Source: an uncultured Eubacteriales bacterium
GTDB taxonomy: Bacteria > Bacillota > Clostridia > Christensenellales > CAG-138
DNA: 64,000 nt
Reading direction: 5' to 3'
Assembly (NCBI GenBank): GCA_900319345.1
Contig: ONNZ01000005.1
Span: forward strand, 18,581-82,580
In this document: positions 9,056-18,063 of the stretch, piece by piece
Layout of the letters: each line of letters opens with the position of its first letter
Position numbering within the stretch: position 1 is the first letter of the stretch
Notes under the pieces: model-generated
Database searches by the model: none
What the model saw: the letters and a program-made list of their open reading frames with translations, nothing else
Told to the model about the DNA's origin: nothing
Made by a program: the position numbers and the translations under genes

Positions 9056-9094
9056 ATATCTGCATGATGAAAAGAGTCTCCCTGCGAGGCTCTT

Positions 9095-9790
9095 TTATGT
9101 TTCTCGGTATAGGGTCACGGACCTTCGTATCGCACCGATCAGCAGGCACAGAGAACCTAAAAAGCGCCAATAGAGGGCCCGCCGCAGGACGATGGAAAGG
9201 AGCAACAGCAAAGCTCCGGTCAAAAGATACCGATTCCCCGGCAAATCCAGGAGCCTTTTCCACAGAGCGCCGTTCCGTTTCGGCGCGTTCCGTCGGAGCC
9301 GTTCCATGACCTGTTCCTGGCTGGGCTCCGGCCCCTCCTGCCAGGGATGAAAGACGACGCTGCAGCCATAGTCTTCTGCAACAGTAAGTAAATTGCTATT
9401 TGTATCTCCAAAACAGTGGAAGACGGTACCCTGCCCAAAGTTCAGGCAAAGGCCGATCATCCTCTCTCTATCCGGCGTCGGGTATATAATCACGCCGCCC
9501 TCCCCGCGTATGCGCTCCGCCTCCTGCTGCAGCCAAGCTTCCCGCCTTAAGGCTTTGACTGCGTCCTGCCAGATGCGATGTATATAATTGTCCCATCGCT
9601 TCCTGTCCCACAGCACGAACAATAGCAGCAATACAGCGGATACGACGGCCGAGAAAACCAAGTTCCTTTTGAGGATGTACAGGCAAGCGCCACCCAACAA
9701 GGAGAAGAATGCCATGTCCAGGGAACGGGCCACCATTCCCCGTCCCTGGAAGCATTCTCTCTTATACGCCCTTTCCGTCATCCTGTCCAT
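9095..9790 (-). CDS. Hypothetical membrane protein
   Basis: TM pairs at both ends; fills the gap between pfk and nadD; start uncertain. Confidence 0.65.
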   Translation of the reverse strand: MDRMTERAYKRECFQGRGMVARSLDMAFFSLLGGACLYILKRNLVFSAVVSAVLLLLFVLWDRKRWDNYIHRIWQDAVKALRREAWLQQEAERIRGEGGVIIYPTPDRERMIGLCLNFGQGTVFHCFGDTNSNLLTVAEDYGCSVVFHPWQEGPEPSQEQVMERLRRNAPKRNGALWKRLLDLPGNRYLLTGALLLLLSIVLRRALYWRFLGSLCLLIGAIRRSVTLYRET

Positions 9791-9840
9791 TTTCAAATTC
9801 AGTATTGCCTCATGGGTAAGAAGTATACTATACTACACAC

Positions 9841-11391
9841 ATGAAGATAGGTATTTTAGGGGGCAGTTTTCACCCCATCCACAACGGACATCTGGATATG
9901 GCCCGCAGCGCTCGAGACGCCCTGGGCCTTGATGAAGTTATCCTCATGGTGGACCGTATCCCGCCCCATAAGGAGCTGGCCCAGGGAGCGACCAGCCAGC
10001 AGCGCTATACAATGGTACAGCTGGCCTGCGCAGGAGAAGTCGGATTCGTGGCTTCCGATTGGGAGTTGAACCAAAGCGGCACCAGCTATACGGCCCTCAC
10101 CCTGACGCACCTGAAGGAGGAGCACCCTCAGGACCAGCTGTATTTCATCATGGGCAGCGATATGCTCCGCTCCCTTACCTCCTGGTATCATCCGGAGATC
10201 GTCTGCGAAAAGGCCCATCTGGTCTGCATCTGCCGGGCCGGGCAGGACGGCGGCGAGGCGGAGGCTGCCAAACAGGTCACGGAGCTGTTCGGCGCCCAAG
10301 TGACCCTCCTCCCCCCCGTGCGAGAGCTTTCCTCCACCGAGATTCGGAATCGTTTAGCTGATGGACGGCCCATCTCCGGCCTTGTGCCCCAGGCTGTGGA
10401 ACGGTACATCTACGAGGAAGCCCTGTACACGAACGAACAGCTCGTGACGTTGACCGATGCCATGCGAGATACTCTGAAGCCCAGCCGCTTCCGGCATGTG
10501 CTGGGCGTGGAGATGACGGCGGTACAGCTGGCGGAGAATTTAGGCGCCGACGGGCAGAAGGCTCGATTGGCCGCCCTGCTCCACGACTGCGCCAAGTATC
10601 TCTCCGTCACCGAGCAGGCCATCCTGGCCAAGCGGGACGGCAGCACCCTGGACCCCCAGAAGGACGATATGATCCTCCACGCTCCTGCCGGCGCCACCCT
10701 GGCCAGAGAGCAATACGGCATCACGGACGACGAGGTTTTGGAGGCCATCCGCTATCACACCACCGGGACGGAGGGCATGACGCTGCTGGACGAGATCATC
10801 TGGGCAGCGGACCTCATAGAGCCTGGCCGAGACTATCCCTCCGTGGACAAGCATCGTGCCCTGCTCCTCTCCGCCAACGATCCCGTCAGCTTTGAAAAGG
10901 GGCTGCTACTTGTATTTGACGACAATATCTGCTATATTCAGAGCAGAGGACAGGGCATCAACCCTGCCACCCTCCGCGCCAGGGACTACCTGAAGCGCAA
11001 GACCACAGCAAAGGAGACATACATGGAAACCCTGAACAAGGAAACGATCCTTCAGCTCTGCAGGATCCTGTACGACAAGAAGGCCCTGGACATCCGGGCC
11101 ATCGAAGTGACGGACAAGACCATCATCGCCGATTGGTTCATCGTCTGCAGCGGCCGCGGCGTGCCCCAGGTGAAGGCTCTCTCTGACGAATTGGAGGAGA
11201 AAGCCGCTGAGATGGGCCTTATCCCCCGCCGAAAGGAGGGCTATCAGGAGGGCCGCTGGATCGTGCTGGACTTTGGAGATCTTCTGGTGCATCTGTTCCA
11301 TCCGGAGGAGCGCACCTATTATAATCTGGAGCGCCTGTGGGACGACGGGCAAAACGTGATCACCTACACCGAGGAAGGAGATGCGAAGTAA
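9841..11391 (+). CDS. nadD: NadD - YqeK (HD-domain Ap4A hydrolase) - RsfS in-frame fusion
   Basis: [11 protein letters not shown] and SSTEIR (NadD); [28 protein letters not shown] (YqeK); [38 protein letters not shown] (RsfS). Confidence 0.92.
   Translation: MKIGILGGSFHPIHNGHLDMARSARDALGLDEVILMVDRIPPHKELAQGATSQQRYTMVQLACAGEVGFVASDWELNQSGTSYTALTLTHLKEEHPQDQLYFIMGSDMLRSLTSWYHPEIVCEKAHLVCICRAGQDGGEAEAAKQVTELFGAQVTLLPPVRELSSTEIRNRLADGRPISGLVPQAVERYIYEEALYTNEQLVTLTDAMRDTLKPSRFRHVLGVEMTAVQLAENLGADGQKARLAALLHDCAKYLSVTEQAILAKRDGSTLDPQKDDMILHAPAGATLAREQYGITDDEVLEAIRYHTTGTEGMTLLDEIIWAADLIEPGRDYPSVDKHRALLLSANDPVSFEKGLLLVFDDNICYIQSRGQGINPATLRARDYLKRKTTAKETYMETLNKETILQLCRILYDKKALDIRAIEVTDKTIIADWFIVCSGRGVPQVKALSDELEEKAAEMGLIPRRKEGYQEGRWIVLDFGDLLVHLFHPEERTYYNLERLWDDGQNVITYTEEGDAK
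11023..11391 (+). CDS. rsfS: Ribosome silencing factor RsfS, probable internal in-frame start
   Basis: AAGGAG at 11011-11016, 6 nt before in-frame ATG 11023 at the RsfS domain boundary. Confidence 0.7.
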   Translation: METLNKETILQLCRILYDKKALDIRAIEVTDKTIIADWFIVCSGRGVPQVKALSDELEEKAAEMGLIPRRKEGYQEGRWIVLDFGDLLVHLFHPEERTYYNLERLWDDGQNVITYTEEGDAK

Positions 11392-12035
11392 TGGAACTGA
11401 ACAAATACATCGACCATACCCTGCTGAAGCCGGAATCCACCCATGAGGACATCCGCCGGGTCTGTGAGGAAGCCAAGGCTTACAACACCGCCAGCGTCTG
11501 CGTGAACCCCATCTTCGCTTCCTTCGTTGCCAAGGAGCTTGAAGGCACGGATATCAAGACCTGCTGCGTGGTGGGCTTCCCACTGGGGGCCACCCCCTCC
11601 GCCATCAAGGCCGCGGAAGCGAAGCTGTGCGTGGAGAATGGAGCCCAGGAGATCGACATGGTCATCTCCGTGGGCGCTGCCCGGGAAGGCGACTGGGAGT
11701 ATGTGGAAAAGGATATCAAGACCGTGGCCGATGCCATCCGGGGCAAGGCTCTCCTAAAGGTCATCATCGAGACCTGCCTCTTGAACGACGAGCAGAAGGT
11801 GAACGCCTGCCTGTGCGCCAAGAACGCCGGGGCCGACTTCGTGAAGACTTCCACCGGCTTCTCCACCGGCGGCGCCACCGTGGAGGACGTGGCCCTCATG
11901 CGGGGCGTGGTAGGCGACGAGCTGGGCGTGAAGGCCTCCGGCGGTATCCGCTCCAAGGAGGCGGCCGAAGCCATGATCGCCGCCGGCGCCAGCCGCATTG
12001 GCGCCAGCTCCTCCAAGAAGATCATCGAAGGCTGA
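11391..12035 (+). CDS. deoC: Deoxyribose-phosphate aldolase
   Basis: [38 protein letters not shown]; TAATG overlap with upstream stop. Confidence 0.96.
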   Translation: MELNKYIDHTLLKPESTHEDIRRVCEEAKAYNTASVCVNPIFASFVAKELEGTDIKTCCVVGFPLGATPSAIKAAEAKLCVENGAQEIDMVISVGAAREGDWEYVEKDIKTVADAIRGKALLKVIIETCLLNDEQKVNACLCAKNAGADFVKTSTGFSTGGATVEDVALMRGVVGDELGVKASGGIRSKEAAEAMIAAGASRIGASSSKKIIEG

Positions 12036-12050
12036 GCTGATTCGGATATA

Positions 12051-12082
12051 AAAGCCCCTGACCGATCGTCAGAGGCTTTTTT
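12051..12082. terminator. Intrinsic terminator
   Basis: AAAGCCCCTGAC-CGATC-GTCAGAGGCTTTTTT. Confidence 0.75.
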
Positions 12083-12085
12083 GTG

Positions 12086-12601
12086 TCACCATAAGGGAGA
12101 AAAATGCTCGTACACGAAGTCGCTGTATTCGGCAAATTCTCCTTTCTTCCATCCCTCCTGAATGGCCAGGGTCATCTGCCGCTGTTCCTGCGGATCTATG
12201 TCCGCGTAACGGTGGATGATCACGCCGCCCGCTCGTTCCTCCTTCAGTATCTCGGCATACACGTCCGGCACATGTTCAAAAAGGGTCACCGGCACGTCTG
12301 TCACACTCTCAAAGGAACGCCCTCTGGTACGAACCAAACCTTCCTCTGAGACGGGCGTATACAGATACCCCTCCCTGCCTGCGTACATGACCTTGAGCTG
12401 ATCGGGGAATCGCTCATAATAATTCTGTTTGCCGCTTTTGTCCGGGCCCATGGTCACGAAGTTTTCCGTAGGCATTCGGCAGCATACCAGGGCGTACACC
12501 CTGTCCAGCGTAAAGTATGCCACCTTTTCGCCGGAGGAATGAGACTTTGATCTTGCCCATATGGTCGTCAAACCGCCGACCACGCTGCCATGATATAACA
12601 T
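12086..12601 (-). CDS. Hypothetical protein (MLYHGS N-terminus)
   Basis: ORF with SD GAGGGG; LYHGS start loosely resembles ADP-ribosyltransferase-fold proteins; function unknown. Confidence 0.65.
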   Translation of the reverse strand: MLYHGSVVGGLTTIWARSKSHSSGEKVAYFTLDRVYALVCCRMPTENFVTMGPDKSGKQNYYERFPDQLKVMYAGREGYLYTPVSEEGLVRTRGRSFESVTDVPVTLFEHVPDVYAEILKEERAGGVIIHRYADIDPQEQRQMTLAIQEGWKKGEFAEYSDFVYEHFSPLW

Positions 12602-12721
12602 TCTTCCCCTCACTTTCGCTTGTTTTAAAACCATAGTACAAGATGTATTCCTTCAGTACAAGTCTTGAAAGTCAGCGGTATGTGTGGTATTATACATTTA
12701 GAGAGAAAAACGCCTTTCCGT

Positions 12722-13528
12722 TCAGCGGGAAGGCGTTTTTAATGTGATGAGATCGATTTCGGGACGGTTGAAGATGCGGGGCGGCAGGAAGCTGTGGGTA
12801 CCCGCGCCTCGGGAGACATAAAGCTTTGTACAGTCCTTCACATATATCCCCGACGTGTATCGGGGCAATACGCCCTGATCGGGGCTGTACAACCCTTGGC
12901 CGAAGATACGGACTTGGCCGCCGTGAGCGTGGCCGGACAGGACCAGGTCCACGCATGTACGAGCATAGTCTTCGATCCGTTCCGGGTGGTGGGCCAAAAG
13001 GATGGTGCATCTTTCCTTGGGGATCAGCTCTTCGATCTCCCCAGGTGAGGCTTCCTCACGTATGCCGCACAAGGCCAACTGGTCGTTCTCTCGCATCAAA
13101 GTCATCGCTTCGTTGTCCAGCACGTGGACGCCCCGGTCCGTCAGCTCTGCCTTGATGCTGTCCCAATGGCCGATCTCCGCTTCGTGATTGCCCTCCACGA
13201 AATAGACGGGCGTTTTGTCCTTCAACGCTTTGAGCAGGGCGTAGACGTTCTTCCGCTGCTTGGGAAGATGCCGGTCCAGCAGGTCCCCGGTGAGCGCCGC
13301 CATATCAAAATCCAGCGTTTCGATAGCCCGCAGAAGTTCCTGACCATCCTTCCCGTAAGCTCGGTTGTGGAGGTCCGACACCTGCAATATAGTGAACCCG
13401 TCGAAGGCTTTGGGCAGACGATCCAGCTCGATCTTAGTTCTGCGCAGGTCGAAACGGTTGGTGTCCCACCAGCCGTAGAGCAGCACCAGGATGCCCGCTA
13501 TGAGAATGGCGATCAGCGTGTAGAGCAC
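12722..13528 (-). CDS. Calcineurin-like metallophosphoesterase
   Basis: SDLH, GDLLD, GNHE, AHHP, SGHAHGGQ; GTG start after AAGGAG. Confidence 0.92.
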   Translation of the reverse strand: MLYTLIAILIAGILVLLYGWWDTNRFDLRRTKIELDRLPKAFDGFTILQVSDLHNRAYGKDGQELLRAIETLDFDMAALTGDLLDRHLPKQRKNVYALLKALKDKTPVYFVEGNHEAEIGHWDSIKAELTDRGVHVLDNEAMTLMRENDQLALCGIREEASPGEIEELIPKERCTILLAHHPERIEDYARTCVDLVLSGHAHGGQVRIFGQGLYSPDQGVLPRYTSGIYVKDCTKLYVSRGAGTHSFLPPRIFNRPEIDLITLKTPSR

Positions 13529-14025
13529 GATTCTCCTTTCCAAATGAAGCGCCAGGGACGCAGTTGGTCCTCCTTCGAGGCATAGCCGATGCCCACCCGC
13601 GGCGCGGTCTCAAAGGCGCATTTCGGACCTTTCCACAAGCTTATTCTGCCCGTGGTCAAGATATCGATGCCATTATAGGACAGGTCTATCCCCAGGGCCT
13701 TAGTGAGCTTCCCCGGCCCCTCAGCCCCCTGGCAGCAGCGGATCAGCACGCCCTGGGGCTCGTCCTCGGGCCCGGTGATGATGTTGAGGAGGCTATGGAT
13801 GCCGTAGCATAGGTATACGTATACATACCCGCCCCGGCGGTACAGCATCTCCGTCCGTTTCGTTCGTCCACGGTGGGCGTGGCAGGCCGTATCTGATTCG
13901 CCCCGGTAGGCCTCCGTCTCGGTGATGACCAGCTCTCGACCGTTCACCGCCAGGCAGCAGCCCAGCAGCCGGGGTGCCACCGTCAGGGCGTCCTGAAGAA
14001 AGAAATCGGCGGGCAGGTCCGTCAT
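13513..14025 (-). CDS. DNA-3-methyladenine glycosylase (MPG/AAG family)
   Basis: ITETEAY, ACHA, YVYLCYGIH, VLIR, GPGKLTKAL, PRVGI, PWRF. Confidence 0.92.
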   Translation of the reverse strand: MTDLPADFFLQDALTVAPRLLGCCLAVNGRELVITETEAYRGESDTACHAHRGRTKRTEMLYRRGGYVYVYLCYGIHSLLNIITGPEDEPQGVLIRCCQGAEGPGKLTKALGIDLSYNGIDILTTGRISLWKGPKCAFETAPRVGIGYASKEDQLRPWRFIWKGESCSTR

Positions 14026-14276
14026 CAGCCCTGGAGCCCACGGGCCTGCCGGTCCATGTCCTCCACCACGATGTCGAAAATCTCCCCTAGGCTCGCGCAA
14101 TATTCGAGCACCAGCCAGGGCTCGTTGGTGTGGAAATGGATCTTGATCAGGGTCTCGTCCCCCACGCACAGGAGGCAGTCGCCCTTGAAGTTCTCGGTGA
14201 AATAATCGCTGATTTTGTCCTCGTCGAGATCGGTCCCTTCAATCAGCAGTTGGGTGTCATACTTGTATTCCAGCAT
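14025..14276 (-). CDS. Small protein resembling the middle domain of DAK2/FakA-like kinases
   Basis: YKYDTQLLI, GDCLLCVGD, KIHFHTNEP. Confidence 0.75.
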   Translation of the reverse strand: MLEYKYDTQLLIEGTDLDEDKISDYFTENFKGDCLLCVGDETLIKIHFHTNEPWLVLEYCASLGEIFDIVVEDMDRQARGLQG

Positions 14277-14291
14277 CTTTCTATCCTCTCT

Positions 14292-14603
14292 TTACAATGT
14301 GTCCGTTTCCAACGCGGCCGTGACCAGCCGCAGCATCCGCACCAGCAACTCACGGTTCTCCGTGGTCAAATCGTAGACGGCGTCCTCCGACAGCACGCCT
14401 CTCTTGAGGTATTTGGGGAGCTTCCCCGCCTCGTCGTCCTCGTAGTCCTCCATCCACTGGTCGCTGCCGTAGTAATCGCTGAGCTGACGATACTGTGGCT
14501 GAACTTCCTCAAAGGCGGACAGCGCCTCCGACAGCTCCCGAATGGCCTTCTCCGAAGCGTCCAGGCATTGCTCCATCTTCATGATACGTTCGATCTGTTC
14601 CAT
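14292..14603 (-). CDS. DUF4298 family protein
   Basis: ERIMKME, LSDYYGSDQWMEDYEDDEAG, KRGVLSEDAVY. Confidence 0.8.
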   Translation of the reverse strand: MEQIERIMKMEQCLDASEKAIRELSEALSAFEEVQPQYRQLSDYYGSDQWMEDYEDDEAGKLPKYLKRGVLSEDAVYDLTTENRELLVRMLRLVTAALETDTL

Positions 14604-14617
14604 GGCCTGCTCCTCCC

Positions 14618-15658
14618 TCACTCCGTCACTTTGGTCTTCCCCGCCAGGACGTTCCGATAGTCCTCCAGGTTCTTCCGCAGCAGGTTCGGGATATCCAGCT
14701 CGTAGGGGCACTTGCTGACGCACTGGCGGCAGTCCACACACTCGTCGATCTTTTCCATCTCCACCTGCCACTTTTCGCTGAGCCAGCCGGCGCTGGGAGC
14801 ACGGCGGATCATCAGCGACATGCGGTTGCAGTCGCTGATCTTGATGCCCACCGTGCAGGGCAGGCAGTAGCCGCAGCCACGGCAGAATGAGCCCATGAGC
14901 TCCTGCCGCTCGCTAGCGATATAGGCCAGCAGCTCGTCGTCCATTTGGGGCGTATCGTCCATAAAGGACAGCCAATCGTCCAGCTCCCTCTCCCGCTGGA
15001 TGCCCCAGATGGGGATCAGCCCGTCGAATTGGCTCACGAAGGCCATGGCCGCCTTGGCGTTGGTGATGAGGCCGCCAGCCAGGCCTTTCATGCACACGAA
15101 GCCCATGTTGTGCTGCTGACAGGCGGCCAACAGCTCCAGCTCCTTATCCTCTGCTAAGTAGCTCATGGGGTACTGCAGGGTCTCGTAGAGCCCGCTTTCC
15201 ACCACCTCCCGGGCTACGCCGATCTTGTGGGCGGTGGCGCCGATGTGGCGGATCTTTCCCTGGGCCTTCGCCTCCAGCATGGCCTCGTACATGCCCGTGC
15301 CGTCCCCAGGCCGGTAGCATTGGGACAGGTTGTGGAACTGGTATACGTCGATATAGTCCGTCTTCAAAAGTTTCAGAGAGGTCTCCAGATCCTGCCAGAA
15401 CCCCTCGGGAGTCTTGGCGTGGGTCTTGGTGGCGATATATACTTCCTCCCGCTTCAGCCAGCCGTCGCCGAAGGCGGCGCCCAGCTTCTCCTCGCTGTCC
15501 GTATAGCCGCGAGCGGTGTCGAAGTACCGCATGCCGCCCTCGTAGGCCCGCCGCAGGAGCTTCACGGCCTTCTCTTTCGAGATGCGCTGGATGGGCAGTG
15601 CCCCGAATCCATTCTGCGGGACCACGATCCCGGTGTTTCCCAGGGTGATGTTCTTCAT
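14618..15658 (-). CDS. Aldo/keto reductase with C-terminal Fe-S cluster
   Basis: GFGALPIQR, YFDTARGY, MKGLAGG; CRGCGYCLPC and CVDCRQCVSKCP. Confidence 0.92.
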   Translation of the reverse strand: MKNITLGNTGIVVPQNGFGALPIQRISKEKAVKLLRRAYEGGMRYFDTARGYTDSEEKLGAAFGDGWLKREEVYIATKTHAKTPEGFWQDLETSLKLLKTDYIDVYQFHNLSQCYRPGDGTGMYEAMLEAKAQGKIRHIGATAHKIGVAREVVESGLYETLQYPMSYLAEDKELELLAACQQHNMGFVCMKGLAGGLITNAKAAMAFVSQFDGLIPIWGIQRERELDDWLSFMDDTPQMDDELLAYIASERQELMGSFCRGCGYCLPCTVGIKISDCNRMSLMIRRAPSAGWLSEKWQVEMEKIDECVDCRQCVSKCPYELDIPNLLRKNLEDYRNVLAGKTKVTE

Positions 15659-15681
15659 ACCATATTCTCCTTGTGCTTTGC

Positions 15682-16689
15682 TCAATATCTACGGCTGCCG
15701 CTCTGCCGCTCGTCCGTTACGTCATACACCTCTATGCCGAACTCCCTGGCGTACTGCTGCCGACAGCGGTGAAACAGGTCCCGGCGGCTGTACAGCTTGT
15801 CCCCTGCCTTGTCTCCATACCGGTCCAAAAGCTCTTTGAAAGACGGGAAAGCGGCATAATAGGCATCGTCCAGTGCTTCCACTTCGGCGATGATCTCGGA
15901 GAAGGGGGTCTGCACAAATCGTTCTATATTCTCCTCGGTCAAAGAGATGATCAGCGTCCTGCTCTGCTCCGGGTCCCCGCCCCCTATCTTACACCATTCC
16001 GCCTCGGTTTGGTAGACCTTTCGGTTCAATTTCGCTTTTGCGGATTCGCTAAGCCTGGGAAGATCGTCCAGGGAAAGGCGGACGCTTTCCAAAGAAACCC
16101 CTCTCCCCTCCCTATGGGGGATGAACAGGCGGACATCCTTTGCGCCGTGAGCCTCCAACACATCGATCAGCTCGTCGGCTTGCCCTACGTTCTCCTGGGT
16201 CAGCGGGATTATAACGCTCACTATGAACTCCATCTGCGCTGCATGGCTCACCATGCGCAACAAGTGGGCGTGATCTCCCTTTCGCCCGGCAAATCGATCA
16301 TGATACGCTTCCGTCCCGTAGAAGGTGAAATTCAGCTCCTCTACCCCATGGTCCTTCAACCCGGCAAGCCGATCCTTCATCTCCCCTTCCTCTCGAAAAG
16401 CCAAGCCGTCGCATTGAAGAAACTTTCCGCTCACGGAGCCGATGCGGTTCATAAAGTCGATGGCATCCAGCAGACGGGGGTGCTCCATGCTGTACCCGAA
16501 GGAAAAGTTAAATTTTAGTTCAGGACGCTCCTGTCTTATCCAGGTATAGAATCGCTCCGCAAGCCGCTGGCTGCGGTCATAGTCTGCGCCAACGGTTTTG
16601 CCGTCCCAACGCAACAGACAATACCGACAGCGACAGGCACATGGCACGCACAGCGTTTGCAGCATCACGCTTTTGGTTTCCATCATCAT
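15682..16689 (-). CDS. Radical SAM protein of unknown function
   Basis: N-terminal CxxxCxxC (CACRCRYC); overlapping stop/start with neighbours. Confidence 0.75.
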   Translation of the reverse strand: MMMETKSVMLQTLCVPCACRCRYCLLRWDGKTVGADYDRSQRLAERFYTWIRQERPELKFNFSFGYSMEHPRLLDAIDFMNRIGSVSGKFLQCDGLAFREEGEMKDRLAGLKDHGVEELNFTFYGTEAYHDRFAGRKGDHAHLLRMVSHAAQMEFIVSVIIPLTQENVGQADELIDVLEAHGAKDVRLFIPHREGRGVSLESVRLSLDDLPRLSESAKAKLNRKVYQTEAEWCKIGGGDPEQSRTLIISLTEENIERFVQTPFSEIIAEVEALDDAYYAAFPSFKELLDRYGDKAGDKLYSRRDLFHRCRQQYAREFGIEVYDVTDERQSGSRRY

Positions 16690-16695
16690 CCCTCC

Positions 16696-17166
16696 TCACT
16701 TTAGCTTTTTCTTCAAGAGAAAGGTCATCTCTTTTTCTGCTTCTATCTCAAATCCCTCGCTGAGGAACAAGCGTATGGCCGGATTGTCCTTAGCGATATC
16801 GTCATAGAGAACGTCTATCCCATTCTTCCTGGCTGATTCACAAAGAAGCCGCAGGCCCTCTCGTCCATATCCCTGCCCGCGGCACGAGGCGAAGACGATC
16901 ACGTCCGCCAAGCAGATGCCCTCTTCCTCGTCCCAATGGTAGGCGATCTCGCCCACGAAGCTTCCGGTTTCATCGTCCTTCAGATAGCGATAGAACCGCT
17001 TGCCCTCCGGATCACACAACCAGCGATCATGCCAGCTTTTCCACTTCTCTTTTGGAAAAGAGATCGTGCCGTCCCAGGCAAGGTTATAGGCCATGGTATC
17101 GGGGTCCTCCAGCATCTGCTGTCGGAACCACAAGTCGTCCATGGATGGCTTGTACAGCGTCAGCAT
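16696..17166 (-). CDS. GNAT family N-acetyltransferase
   Basis: RGQGYG acetyl-CoA motif, NPAIRLFLSEGF; SD GGAGG. Confidence 0.85.
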   Translation of the reverse strand: MLTLYKPSMDDLWFRQQMLEDPDTMAYNLAWDGTISFPKEKWKSWHDRWLCDPEGKRFYRYLKDDETGSFVGEIAYHWDEEEGICLADVIVFASCRGQGYGREGLRLLCESARKNGIDVLYDDIAKDNPAIRLFLSEGFEIEAEKEMTFLLKKKLK

Positions 17167-17167
17167 C

Positions 17168-17809
17168 CTACCCCTCCATGGCTTCCAGCATAAGCCGTCC
17201 CAGGGAAATTCCCATCCTCTTTGCCCCAAAGGTCGCCCGCATGAACCCCTCGCAGAGGGCTCCATTGACCTCCATTACATGGATGGGCGGCTGACTTTCT
17301 ACTGTACGTAGGTTTCTGTTCTTGTCGCCCATAAGCAGCAAAGCGAATTCTCCGTCCTCCCATTGGATTTCCCATACTGGAACGGTTTGAGGCAAGTCGC
17401 ACCGAAGGAGGAGCGTTCGGGCATCCTCTTCTATATGCTCCGCATAGGGTCCTCCATACAAAGGTTCATCCTTGAAACGCTGTCCCAACCTTTTGGCTAT
17501 CTGGTCCAATCGGCTATAATCCACTCCAAGACGACGGTAAACGTCGCCCATGAAGTCCACCAGGAATTCTTCCCCTACAAGGTTTTGCAGCTTGCGCTCC
17601 AGCTCGTCTGCATCCTCCATCGTAAGGGGGCCGCACGCAGTGAACCTGACTATGATCTGTCCGCCAAAGTATGGCAGGGCGATATACTCCTCCATGCGGA
17701 CCAAGTCGTCTGTGGATGAACGGACCCGTCGATCCAGTTCAGCGATCCTCTCCCGCAGCCAGGATCCGGTCAAAAACAATTCGCAATTCCCATTCGAACT
17801 CATCTTCAT
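17168..17809 (-). CDS. Hypothetical protein
   Basis: ATGA overlap with upstream gene; inside a tight operon. Confidence 0.65.
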   Translation of the reverse strand: MKMSSNGNCELFLTGSWLRERIAELDRRVRSSTDDLVRMEEYIALPYFGGQIIVRFTACGPLTMEDADELERKLQNLVGEEFLVDFMGDVYRRLGVDYSRLDQIAKRLGQRFKDEPLYGGPYAEHIEEDARTLLLRCDLPQTVPVWEIQWEDGEFALLLMGDKNRNLRTVESQPPIHVMEVNGALCEGFMRATFGAKRMGISLGRLMLEAMEG

Positions 17810-18054
17810 TCGATCCGTTCCCCGTGTACCTTCACTCGTCCGCCGTCGGGGCACTGGCCGTCGAAACAGGCGGCTTTTTCCTCTCCATAGTCCAATTCCG
17901 CCCCATTGAGCAGAGCGAAGACCTGAGGATAGATGGCGTGCCATAGCTCATGACAGATAGGTGGACAAAGTCCCTCCACGACGAATTCATCCCCCGCCTT
18001 GCAGCTGCCGTCCCGGCATAAGCTATCCACGATCGTCAGTTTGACTTTAGACAT
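17806..18054 (-). CDS. TIGR04076-like small Cys-rich protein
   Basis: KVKLTIV...C...GDEF...CPPICHELWHAIYP...CPDG pattern. Confidence 0.75.
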   Translation of the reverse strand: MSKVKLTIVDSLCRDGSCKAGDEFVVEGLCPPICHELWHAIYPQVFALLNGAELDYGEEKAACFDGQCPDGGRVKVHGERIE

Positions 18055-18063
18055 ATTTCCCTC

